Shown here piece by piece: positions 19,414 through 28,136 of a DNA stretch of 42,165 nucleotides. Every line of letters begins with the position of its first letter. Position 1 is the first letter of the stretch. The translations under genes were made by a program, and so were the position numbers. This DNA comes from Candidatus Heimdallarchaeota archaeon (GTDB taxonomy: Archaea; Asgardarchaeota; Heimdallarchaeia; Heimdallarchaeales; Kariarchaeaceae). The notes below the pieces were generated by a model. That model saw nothing but the letters and a program-made list of their open reading frames with translations. It searched no databases and had not been told where the DNA came from. The stretch lies in assembly GCA_015523565.1 (NCBI GenBank), contig WAKA01000080.1:1-42165 (forward strand). The letters are read 5' to 3'.

Positions 19414-21315
19414 ATGGGAAAATGCCTTGCCTGTTTCCGAAAAACAGGGGATAAACAACCAGGCTACTGTACATACTGTTTCTTGCCAGTTCCTTTTCAG
19501 GAAAATGTTCCAAACAAGAATGGCTACGAAAAAAGGAGAAAATTTCGAGATGTATTTGCCAACAAGATCATGCAAAATGATCCAGATGCAGTAGGCTTCC
19601 TATATGCCGCAGGATTGGATCGAATGGATCTTGCAAGCGCAGCAGTGGCACTGAGTGCAATCGGAATGGAAAAAATGCATTTCCTGAGTTCCGAATACAA
19701 TTGGGATGAGGCAGAAAAGCTGGTCGATTTCGGGTTTGCTTTGGCAACCCAAACAAACCAGGATTGGGCAATACGAAAAACAACCCTTCGTCTTGCCCAA
19801 CAGGAAATTCGTGCAGGATACTGGAATGAGGCAGAGAATCATTTGAGACAATTGTTCAAAAATGATCTGGGGCTGGACTTAGATAGCTATGGTCCTCCTG
19901 AACGCTTGGCAGATATCTTTGATAATCTTGAGATCGCCGCAACATTCAACCTGCTTAATGGGTTTTTGAACAAAGTTCCTGTGGCAGATGTGGGAAAGGC
20001 AGTAGACCATATGTATGATCTTATGGAAGAACAGGTAAATCAATTGATTGTTGCAAAGGAAAGAAAATCATTTTATATGGGATTGCATGATTCTGCATTC
20101 AAATATCCTCGAATCGATCGGCTTGTCTCCATTCAATTCCTGATCGTCCAAGAAAAAATCGTTCGTTCACGTGAACATTTCTCTGACGAGGTAATTCATG
20201 AACTGCATAAACTTGGAAAGTTTGTCATCCTTCTTGGTGAAATCTCACCAACCGATGACCCGACTTTCTTTGCAGCTGGCTTACGGGATTATATTCAACT
20301 GTTTGAAGGAATCATGTGGTATCCCGAAGCCCTTCATGACAATGATCTTGATTTGACTCAACGGACTATTCTTCAAGGGCATGCCATTGTCCTCCAATGG
20401 AAAGACCTTCTCCCCCCTCAATATTGGTTGCCGTTGCATCCCTCACGGTTCATGGAGATATTCTATAGAAACATGAAATGGACCAAGATTCTTGATCCAA
20501 GTCGTTTCATAGACAAATGGTTTGCACAATTGCCAAAGGAACTCAAATCATATGGGGAATACATGGTCGCAGAGAGCCAAATTCGTTCCGGACGGATCGA
20601 AGAGGGATTAAATCTTCTCAAGTCAATCCTTTCAAAAGAGGATTGCCCAGATTTGCTTCGGCAGATGGTTGAAGAGCTTATGCAAACTGCAATCCTTGAA
20701 GCGGATGGAATATTTCTTGACCAGCCCTATCAAAAAAGAGTTGACGGGACTGAAGTTACCCTGTCGATTGCAAAGGGAATGGCGACAGATGACCTGACAA
20801 TAAAATTGGAAGCCCTTGGTGGGGAATTTGAAGTTCCTGAATTTGACCGGCTCATGCGACTGCCATTGAAAGAAGAAGAGGAGGTAATGCCCAAGCATAT
20901 CTCAATCGCAGGGGAAATTCTTGAGGCAATTGTCTATAATACTCCAAATAGCCCAAACCAGACGCTTAACCAGAGCATATTCACTGTCGGCACATGGTAT
21001 TACCGTGATGTTCATTGGCAAACACCATTCACAAACTATTCCAAGCAATATGACGGGATACGCAATGATGTCTTGCTGTTTAGGTTATGGAAGGATGGCA
21101 AGGAACTTTCACTCTTGTTTGAGGCAGGCAGGGTTCCAGTAGAGGAGACGTCCACAAAAATCAGGATTGGAACCCCTTCCCTTTATCATCTTCGAGGGAT
21201 ACTTGGAAATCTCCCTCCTGAAGAGATATTGGAATGGATTGACATGCTTATTCAAAATCCAGAAGGATTTGAACACATTGACATCTACTCACTGAGAATT
21301 GATCTTGTCAGCTAG
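19414..21315 (+). CDS. Hypothetical protein with N-terminal zinc ribbon and TPR-like helical region
   Basis: 633-aa ORF with CLAC...CTYC at the N-terminus and TPR-like segments (AGYWNEAENHLRQL; SGRIEEGLNLLKSIL). Confidence 0.7.
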   Translation: MGKCLACFRKTGDKQPGYCTYCFLPVPFQENVPNKNGYEKRRKFRDVFANKIMQNDPDAVGFLYAAGLDRMDLASAAVALSAIGMEKMHFLSSEYNWDEAEKLVDFGFALATQTNQDWAIRKTTLRLAQQEIRAGYWNEAENHLRQLFKNDLGLDLDSYGPPERLADIFDNLEIAATFNLLNGFLNKVPVADVGKAVDHMYDLMEEQVNQLIVAKERKSFYMGLHDSAFKYPRIDRLVSIQFLIVQEKIVRSREHFSDEVIHELHKLGKFVILLGEISPTDDPTFFAAGLRDYIQLFEGIMWYPEALHDNDLDLTQRTILQGHAIVLQWKDLLPPQYWLPLHPSRFMEIFYRNMKWTKILDPSRFIDKWFAQLPKELKSYGEYMVAESQIRSGRIEEGLNLLKSILSKEDCPDLLRQMVEELMQTAILEADGIFLDQPYQKRVDGTEVTLSIAKGMATDDLTIKLEALGGEFEVPEFDRLMRLPLKEEEEVMPKHISIAGEILEAIVYNTPNSPNQTLNQSIFTVGTWYYRDVHWQTPFTNYSKQYDGIRNDVLLFRLWKDGKELSLLFEAGRVPVEETSTKIRIGTPSLYHLRGILGNLPPEEILEWIDMLIQNPEGFEHIDIYSLRIDLVS

Positions 21316-22467
21316 CTCCTTTCCATACTTGATTCTTTCCTTTATTGGTGGATGGTTGTAATTGAAAATAACTTCCAATTTTGATGGATACAGGTATGCT
21401 AGGTTTTGAATGGCAAGCCTGGTAAATGCGGACTCATATGTGTCTGCATTGGGGATCTGCCTAATTGCGGCAATATCTGCGGCTTTCTCCCTGTTCCTTG
21501 AATAAAAGTTGTTTATAGGTCTGAATAGTGCAGTCATGAGATCCAAGGCAAAATAGAAATAAAACAATGTTCTTGGATCTGATTTTCCGTTATAGCCAAA
21601 CTGTTGAACAATCGGGTCAAATCCAAGGTCTATGAGATAGAAGGAGACCAATAGAACTGCGGCTAAAAATAAAATTCCCTTGTACACATCCTTATGCTTT
21701 TGATGGGCAATCTCATGTGCCATCACTATTTCAATCTCATCAGGTCTGAAATTGCTGACCAATGTATCACCCAACACAATACGAATGGAACTTCCAAATC
21801 CAGTAACCATGGCATTCGCCTTTGTTGTCTGCTGTGACATCTTCAAAAGATAAATGTCCTTGTACTTGATCCCCATCGTTTGGGCAAGGTTTTCAATCCG
21901 CGTACGCAGTTCCCCTTCAGGAAATGATTCCATTTTCATGAATAAGGGGATGATAACATATGGGGCAATGAATTGGATGAAAGCAAGGAATATGAAAACT
22001 CCAATGAATGAATAAAACCACCACAATTCTGGATTCCTGTCAATTGCAAAATAAATGAGGTTTATGACAATCCCCATGAGGATAAGCTGAAGGAGTAATC
22101 CTTTGACCTGGTCAAAAAACCATCCTTTCCATGTCTGGGTTGAAAATCCGTACCTTCTTTCCAATGAATTCCCTGCAATTCCTAAAGGAAATGTCAATAT
22201 CCACATCCCAACGGTGATGATTGCAAACATAAGTGTGACAGAGAAGATTGAGTACTTCGTACCAGTGATATTTGCCAAAATTTCAGGGAGCCCGATCAAC
22301 CAAAGAACCAAAATCAAGATTGGATCCGCAAAAAATGAAATCAATTGTATTTTGAGGGATTTGTCATGGTATTCTTTTGCCTTTTGCTGGGCTTCGTCCC
22401 CTTCAAAATCCGCTAGTTTCATTAATGGAATGTCTTTCCCCTGAAACTCATCCGCATCTTCAGTCAT
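21289..22467 (-). CDS. M48 family membrane zinc metalloprotease (Ste24-like)
   Basis: Multiple TM helices, ERRYGFSTQT, KANAMVTGFG, AHEIAH, SRNREKAAD, HPPIKERI. Confidence 0.88.
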   Translation of the reverse strand: MTEDADEFQGKDIPLMKLADFEGDEAQQKAKEYHDKSLKIQLISFFADPILILVLWLIGLPEILANITGTKYSIFSVTLMFAIITVGMWILTFPLGIAGNSLERRYGFSTQTWKGWFFDQVKGLLLQLILMGIVINLIYFAIDRNPELWWFYSFIGVFIFLAFIQFIAPYVIIPLFMKMESFPEGELRTRIENLAQTMGIKYKDIYLLKMSQQTTKANAMVTGFGSSIRIVLGDTLVSNFRPDEIEIVMAHEIAHQKHKDVYKGILFLAAVLLVSFYLIDLGFDPIVQQFGYNGKSDPRTLFYFYFALDLMTALFRPINNFYSRNREKAADIAAIRQIPNADTYESAFTRLAIQNLAYLYPSKLEVIFNYNHPPIKERIKYGKELADKINSQ

Positions 22468-22524
22468 GCTTTCCCTTCAGTCTCTATAGAAATTAAAGGT
22501 TTCTCAAACTTTCCGTGCGTGTCC

Positions 22525-23673
22525 CTATTTTTCTATCGATAATACCTCGTCATACAGCGTGCCAATTGCCTTTTTATCCAAAATTATTTTCCTGTTTCCA
22601 CCAACATCTGGTCTTATTTCGCCAGGGGGAATTGGTATAATCTTATCAATGTCAAATCCCTCCAATTCCTTTGTTATCCTTTCAAATCCCTGTTCATTTG
22701 GGAAAAATGTGACTGCCAAAATAAAAACAGAGTTGCCATTCCTTTTGAGGTTTATGTGTCGCAATAGGTTTTTCAAATCCTTGTTTTGAAGGTCTTGAGC
22801 TCTTGCCACTTGAATGATGCAATCCGCAGTTGGGATAAATTGATCCCAAGATAGAATAGTAGGACCATCCAATTCGAAAAAAATTGCACTTGCCCCATCA
22901 GGCTTTTTCAGGGCGAAAATCTGGTCAAAAAATATTTTCACATCTGATTTTGGTGGATAACCCTGATATTTCGTATATGGGCATTGTTTCAAAATTGTTG
23001 ATTTGCCAGACCCCATTAGACCAGTCACTAGGCAGAAAATATCTTTTGATGAGACTGGAACCTCTACAGTTTCCATTTGTTGCTTAATGTCAATGACGCT
23101 TATCCCCCCTGACGGGAGCAATCGCTCAATGATGACATGTTTCAAACTATTTGGCAGAACTTCTATTGGGACATCCTTGATCCCATTCATCGCAATTTCC
23201 AGCCTTTCAAGATTTGGCATGTGGGCAAATATTTCCCAGTTCATCTTTCCAATGATAGCGGCATTCAAGTTTAGTTCACGCAGATTATTCAAGTGTCTGA
23301 AACTGTTTGCAGATAATTCTGCAAAATGGTTACCATAAAGCCATAATCCCAGCAGTTTGTTTTCCCTATCAAAAAAATGCTCTGGGAGACTTTTAAGACG
23401 GTTTTCACCCAAATCCAAATATTTCAGCTCTTTTAATTCTTGAAACGGTGTTTCTGGTAAGCTTACAATTCCATTCCCATATAGTCCAATGTATTCAATC
23501 CGTTCGAACTGAGTAAAAATCCTAAAGTCAATATTATTGACGCCAGTGCAACCAAGATCCAACCAAATAACTTCATTCCCTTCAATTTTAGTCAAGGGGG
23601 ATTTCAGCACACGATTTATGTCGCCCACTCTTAATTCCTTTAATAGTGATTTTAATTGTGAGTGGGCATCCAT
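22525..23673 (-). CDS. Leucine-rich-repeat protein fused to a degenerate small-GTPase (Roc/Arf-like) domain
   Basis: About five 24-aa LRRs (LKELKYLDLGENRLKSLP), then P-loop GLMGSGKST; G3 is ELDG and the G4 position reads TFFP. Confidence 0.75.
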   Translation of the reverse strand: MDAHSQLKSLLKELRVGDINRVLKSPLTKIEGNEVIWLDLGCTGVNNIDFRIFTQFERIEYIGLYGNGIVSLPETPFQELKELKYLDLGENRLKSLPEHFFDRENKLLGLWLYGNHFAELSANSFRHLNNLRELNLNAAIIGKMNWEIFAHMPNLERLEIAMNGIKDVPIEVLPNSLKHVIIERLLPSGGISVIDIKQQMETVEVPVSSKDIFCLVTGLMGSGKSTILKQCPYTKYQGYPPKSDVKIFFDQIFALKKPDGASAIFFELDGPTILSWDQFIPTADCIIQVARAQDLQNKDLKNLLRHINLKRNGNSVFILAVTFFPNEQGFERITKELEGFDIDKIIPIPPGEIRPDVGGNRKIILDKKAIGTLYDEVLSIEK

Positions 23674-23729
23674 ATTTTAACTGTTGGATTTAAAGAAAAT
23701 AAATATGACTTAACATCCAATTATTTTTG

Positions 23730-25823
23730 TTATGATTTTCTTGTTATTCTTTTTTTACGAACAATGCCTATCAAGGTCAACATTGCAAAAATTGCATACC
23801 ATTCTGGTGCAGGGCTACCAAATATTCCTGAAATGTCAAGGGTAGGTGAAGCCTGTGTTTCATTGGTTGCGGTTGTTGAATTATCTATTGGCTGTGTTGA
23901 ATTGTCCGCAGGTTGTGTTGAATTGTCGGTAGGCTGTGTTGAATTTGTCGGTGTTGTCCCCACTGGTCCCGTCACGTTTGATGCCTTGGCAACGTAAGTT
24001 GCATTTGCACTCCATGGCGCACCAATATCATCATAAAGGGTACCAACCACGAAATAGGTTCCTTCCTGTGTAAATGTCACGTTTATGTCTTGTGACACAG
24101 TTGTCATTCCAGGCAAATAGAACGATCCCTCATATCGATATGCCAATGACCCATTCAAAAATGCTTCAACGACCAATGTGACATTCGGCATATCATGACT
24201 GAAGAAGCTGGACACATCCACTTTTACCATAAATGGCTGTCCCACTTCAACTTCTGCATAGTCTGGCTGAACCGTGATTTCAATATGCTCCCCAGATGGG
24301 GGCTCATCATTGACAACTGTTATTATGGGACTGTTAAAATCAATTCCATTACGCAAATACACGTAATTTACACTATCCCATATTTCTATTGCATCTATGT
24401 AAATCATGGTTCCATTTTGAGCCGAAAAGTCAATGGGATACTCAATAGTAATAATCCCACCACTGCTTGAAAAGACATGGACGTTGTTGACAATTGTTCT
24501 GTCAGGTCTTCTCTCAACAATTGTTGCATTGACATCTATTGCATCCTTTAATGCACTTGATGCATTCTCGCCAATATCCAAGTAAAATCTTGCAACCTCT
24601 CCTGCTTTATGAATCGAGGAATCTGTAGTTATGTTATACAGGATTGGCGGCGGATTTCTAATGATTGGAATGGTTGGAGAAATAAAACCAGTCCCATTAA
24701 ATCCGTCCCATATATTTCCTGCCAAATCTTCGATGTATAAATAATTCACATAAAGTGTGTCATACCCACTTGGGACGTCTATGAAGGCACCCACCGTAAT
24801 ATTCCCTGAATAGAAAGATCCTGTGGGATCATAGTAATATCCATTTCCAGCATAAATTGTGTCTCCGTTTTGATTTCTTGCATACAGTTCAACAGATACT
24901 GTTTGAATTCCAGACTCGTTCTCTTGAACCCCTGTAGTTACATCCACGAACCCCAAGTTATTTGCGGAGGGTTGGTCAAACCAGACACCCGTAAAAGCAG
25001 GAGGTGTAAAGTCCTGTATTGTGCCATTCACAAAGAACGAATAGTTAAAGTCGATCCCATAACGCCAAGTATCTTGTTGAAATACATTGTCCGAAACCGT
25101 CAGGAAATCTGCAAAATACAGACCTTGTCGGGTATACGTATCCACAGTAAATGGGAATGTCGATGTTAGGGTGTATTGCCCGTTGACATTACTGACATTA
25201 TCCAAAGAAAACGTGCTTACCCATTGTGTAAAGTTTCCATTATCATAATAAATATCCACGTATGCGTAAGCTATGCCGCTACCGTTCTCTAAAGCCGTTG
25301 CTGAGAAAAATAATTGGTCTCCAGGTCCCAATACACTACCAGAAGGTGCAGTTGCATTGAATCCCAATATTTGTGGTGGCATTGTGTCAGGATTTGTTCC
25401 ATTTACTATGAGGTAGGGAGATATAAAGTCTGTTCCATTATTATAGAACTTATACTCATAATCTGCATCATACAATTCCACTGTTTGGATGTACAGTACC
25501 CCTTGTTCCCAAAATGGATCAACCATGAAACTCCCTTCCATAAATCCAGTTGTGGAATTGTAGGAGAGATATATGTAGTCTATAACGCCAATACTGCCAT
25601 TGGAACCTACAATCGAAAGGTCTGCAAAACCGTATGCCCCATTCAATGGCCGATCGTCAGTTACATTTGCAGTAATCCTGACCACGTCATTTGGACCCAC
25701 AACGGTGTTGTTCGGGAGATCAAACCACACCCCTTGCAATTGAGGGGGGGCCGCCTTTGTCGTCAGGGGAACCAATATCCCACCGATCAACAAGAACATA
25801 AGAACCAACGTATCTTTTTTCAT
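23730..25823 (-). CDS. Cell-surface glycoprotein with repeated Ig-like domains and C-terminal anchor
   Basis: Signal peptide; repeated D(T/F)xPP...NG(T/I)DF(I/N)SP units; many NxS/T sites; (D)NSTQP repeats; SPAPEWYAIFAMLTLIGIVRKKR tail. Confidence 0.78.
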   Translation of the reverse strand: MKKDTLVLMFLLIGGILVPLTTKAAPPQLQGVWFDLPNNTVVGPNDVVRITANVTDDRPLNGAYGFADLSIVGSNGSIGVIDYIYLSYNSTTGFMEGSFMVDPFWEQGVLYIQTVELYDADYEYKFYNNGTDFISPYLIVNGTNPDTMPPQILGFNATAPSGSVLGPGDQLFFSATALENGSGIAYAYVDIYYDNGNFTQWVSTFSLDNVSNVNGQYTLTSTFPFTVDTYTRQGLYFADFLTVSDNVFQQDTWRYGIDFNYSFFVNGTIQDFTPPAFTGVWFDQPSANNLGFVDVTTGVQENESGIQTVSVELYARNQNGDTIYAGNGYYYDPTGSFYSGNITVGAFIDVPSGYDTLYVNYLYIEDLAGNIWDGFNGTGFISPTIPIIRNPPPILYNITTDSSIHKAGEVARFYLDIGENASSALKDAIDVNATIVERRPDRTIVNNVHVFSSSGGIITIEYPIDFSAQNGTMIYIDAIEIWDSVNYVYLRNGIDFNSPIITVVNDEPPSGEHIEITVQPDYAEVEVGQPFMVKVDVSSFFSHDMPNVTLVVEAFLNGSLAYRYEGSFYLPGMTTVSQDINVTFTQEGTYFVVGTLYDDIGAPWSANATYVAKASNVTGPVGTTPTNSTQPTDNSTQPADNSTQPIDNSTTATNETQASPTLDISGIFGSPAPEWYAIFAMLTLIGIVRKKRITRKS

Positions 25824-25875
25824 GTTATTATTATTTTCTTTTTAATCTATAAAAACAAATCTAAATGGTTTTTTG

Positions 25876-25992
25876 CTATTTGTTCCCTCCACAGTTGACA
25901 CAAATCTCAATGATATTTTCGCCAATGAGGACTTTTTCAAACAACTCCTTTTCACAGTCATGTTTGCTGTTATACCTTGGTGTTTTAGCCAT
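25876..25992 (-). CDS. Small putative zinc-finger protein (38 aa)
   Basis: Manual translation MAKTPRYNSKHDCEKELFEKVLIGENIIEICVNCGGNK* shows HxC...CxxCG. It fills an otherwise empty gap, is co-oriented with its neighbours and is below the ORF-track cutoff. Confidence 0.55.
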   Translation of the reverse strand: MAKTPRYNSKHDCEKELFEKVLIGENIIEICVNCGGNK

Positions 25993-26087
25993 TATCTCTT
26001 CAAGCCTTTTTTGTACTGACTTATAAAAATCGAGAAAGTTCAATAGTTCCGTCATTATTCTTTAATGGGCACGGGGTCAAAAAAGGT

Positions 26088-27032
26088 TTACGGATTCCCT
26101 ACTAACCTGAGAAACAACGTCATCGTTCTGACAACTGATCGATAATAAAAGAGGGGCATATTATGGTGTGCCTGTGGAATTACTTTCATAAGGCTATTGG
26201 GATAGTGCATGTTCATGTGTTCACTTTGTGTCAGAGGCGTTAGCAGATCCACTTCGCCTGCAATTATCAAGATTGGAGTTTCACTCGCGTCCCTGTCTCT
26301 TCCATCCCATTTACGTATAATGTTTCCGTATTCCAACTCTATTGTCTTTTCCTTGTTGCTGGTCAATTGTTCGATCAGGATTCTACTTACTTCATTTTGA
26401 ATTTCATCAGAAAGGTCTGGACTATGGAATATTCGTGGTGCAAGGAATGAGGCAATGGTATTTTTCAACTGATCTGCAATTCTTGTCGCGGATGAGACTA
26501 GAAGGTCAATAATCGCTTGGGGCAGGAATGACCTGAATGACAATGCTGTGCCTATCAGTACTGCCGCCTTAATCCTTCTTTCATTTGTTGACAGGTAATT
26601 TTGTGCAATGGCACCTCCCATGCTATGACCAATGAGGATTATGCTATCCCATTTTTCGCATATCGTTGAAAGCATTGCATTCATGAAATCCAATGAGATT
26701 ATCTCTTTTAGGTCATCCATTTCTGAATTGATGCCATGTCCTGGCAGATCCAAGACGACTATGGGATACTCTTCAACGAAATTTAGTGCAACAAAGCTCC
26801 ATATTGTTGCATTTGCCCCCCATCCATGGATAAAGACCAATGTGGGTTTTGAATTCTGTGTGTCGTTTGAAACATAGATTTTGTAAAGGTATTTCTTTTC
26901 ATTATATGTTATTTCCATTTCCTCTATTCGGAAAAATCGAAGTGCATCCTCCTGGTTTTTGATATTGTATTTCCCAAAGATATCCATGTTCATAGAATAT
27001 GGTTTTAAGGTTAAAAAGCCTCTTTGTTTCAA
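26088..27032 (-). CDS. Alpha/beta hydrolase
   Basis: VFIHGWG, DLPGHG, GHSMGG, GEVDLLTP, AHHN. The start may be one of the ATGs near 26990. Confidence 0.9.
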   Translation of the reverse strand: MKQRGFLTLKPYSMNMDIFGKYNIKNQEDALRFFRIEEMEITYNEKKYLYKIYVSNDTQNSKPTLVFIHGWGANATIWSFVALNFVEEYPIVVLDLPGHGINSEMDDLKEIISLDFMNAMLSTICEKWDSIILIGHSMGGAIAQNYLSTNERRIKAAVLIGTALSFRSFLPQAIIDLLVSSATRIADQLKNTIASFLAPRIFHSPDLSDEIQNEVSRILIEQLTSNKEKTIELEYGNIIRKWDGRDRDASETPILIIAGEVDLLTPLTQSEHMNMHYPNSLMKVIPQAHHNMPLFYYRSVVRTMTLFLRLVGNP

Positions 27033-27062
27033 TTAACCTTTTGTTTAAAATTGTTACTTTTG

Positions 27063-27376
27063 TCCAAACACATAACATTGGGATATTATCTGGAAAATGT
27101 CCCTGTTTTTTAATGACAGATCCCTTAATTTGTTGGAAGTGTTTGGAACAAACATTGTTTGGTCAGAGACAGGTGGCGACCAACCAACCGACTAAACATA
27201 ATGCAGGAAGACCAAATGAAATTTAGTCTGTAAAATGACAAACACAAGGAACACAATCCAAACACAAAAACAGACTTAGTCAAAATTTAACATCAACCAA
27301 CACAATAATTTAGTCAACGCAAATCAGGCATGGATCCACGCATTTAGTCAGTTTTACCCAAAACCATTTGACTAAA
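27063..27376. promoter_or_regulatory. Array of two short motifs (TTAGTCA and TCCAAACAC/AACACAA) upstream of a DNA-binding protein gene
   Basis: TTAGTCA at 27276, 27310 and 27344 (exact 34-bp period), TTAGTC at 27223, inverted copies at 27190 and 27369. TCCAAACAC at 27063 and 27257, inverted at 27139. AACACAA at 27241, 27250, 27261 and 27299. Confidence 0.6.
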
Positions 27377-27428
27377 AATCGTTTATGCGTAGTAAGACTT
27401 TAATTTGTTTTCCTTTTAATCAATCAAA

Positions 27429-27980
27429 ATGTCACGCCCGAACCAGAAGATGATTGGGATATATGTCCCTCTTGACCTTCATGAGGAAATCAAGTCACGT
27501 GCAAATAGTAGGGGTCAAACTATCAAGGAATACTTCCTTTCCCTTCATGAAACTGAAGTCAAAAAGGATGTCTGGACCGAGGTTGTCCAAATAAGAAAAA
27601 ACACTGAGAAGATATTGGATATGCTTCACGCCTTTGCCTTTTCTGAAAACGTTCAACCTTTGAAAGAACACGCTAAAGAGCACGACCCAAAGGATAAAGA
27701 AGAAACCCATCGCGAAATTGTTCCCTCCACTGATGTTGATTTAGGACAATATTCGGAGTATCTCGAAAGATATCGGAAAAACCCCCGGCAATACCGCGCA
27801 CTGAGGGAAACATTGAAGATAATCCTTGAACTTGGCGGGAAAGCCACCAGCGTCCAAATCAAGGAGGGTCGTGGATTTAGCAGGACAACGATGATCAAAC
27901 GTCAAATCCAAAGATTGGCTGAGGACGGTGTTGTCGCGGTTGATTATTCGGTCAAACCATTTGTTGTCACCCTTCTATGA
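27429..27980 (+). CDS. DNA-binding protein: N-terminal ribbon-helix-helix-like plus C-terminal winged helix
   Basis: KMIGIYVPLDLHEEIKSRANSRGQTIKEYF (RHH pattern) and TLKIILELGGKATSVQIKEGRGFSRTTMIKRQIQRLAEDGVV (wHTH pattern). Confidence 0.7.
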   Translation: MSRPNQKMIGIYVPLDLHEEIKSRANSRGQTIKEYFLSLHETEVKKDVWTEVVQIRKNTEKILDMLHAFAFSENVQPLKEHAKEHDPKDKEETHREIVPSTDVDLGQYSEYLERYRKNPRQYRALRETLKIILELGGKATSVQIKEGRGFSRTTMIKRQIQRLAEDGVVAVDYSVKPFVVTLL

Positions 27981-28021
27981 TATCCCCGCATTATCGCAAT
28001 AATATTCGAGTTTATATTTGC

Positions 28022-28097
28022 CTGCACCTGCATTTTTTATGTTGGTGTTCCAACAGCAGGGGGTGTCGATGCACCCCCATTACCACCCTTTTTGCAG
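28022..28097 (+). other. Tandem hairpins between the regulator and the MFS gene (terminator or structured leader)
   Basis: TGTTGG-TGTT-CCAACA (28040-28055) and GGGGGTG-TCGATG-CACCCCC (28059-28078), followed by a T-run. Confidence 0.4.
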
Positions 28098-28136
28098 AAA
28101 AGATTTGCCCAGTAAACAATTTTCAAATAGTAAAAA

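Noticed and set aside
21289-23673. Ste24-like protease processing a prenylated neighbouring GTPase
   Set aside because: The LRR-GTPase ends in YDEVLSIEK with no CaaX motif. The LRR tails CGILY/CSITI look like ordinary C-caps.
25314-25898. 194-aa plus-strand ORF
   Set aside because: Antisense to the surface-protein gene, with no recognisable motif.
27040-27428. Canonical archaeal replication origin
   Set aside because: No ORB consensus with G-string is recognisable and there is no orc1/cdc6 gene; kept only as an unexplained motif array.
28022-28097. tRNA gene
   Set aside because: No cloverleaf, T-loop (TTCRA) or acceptor stem.
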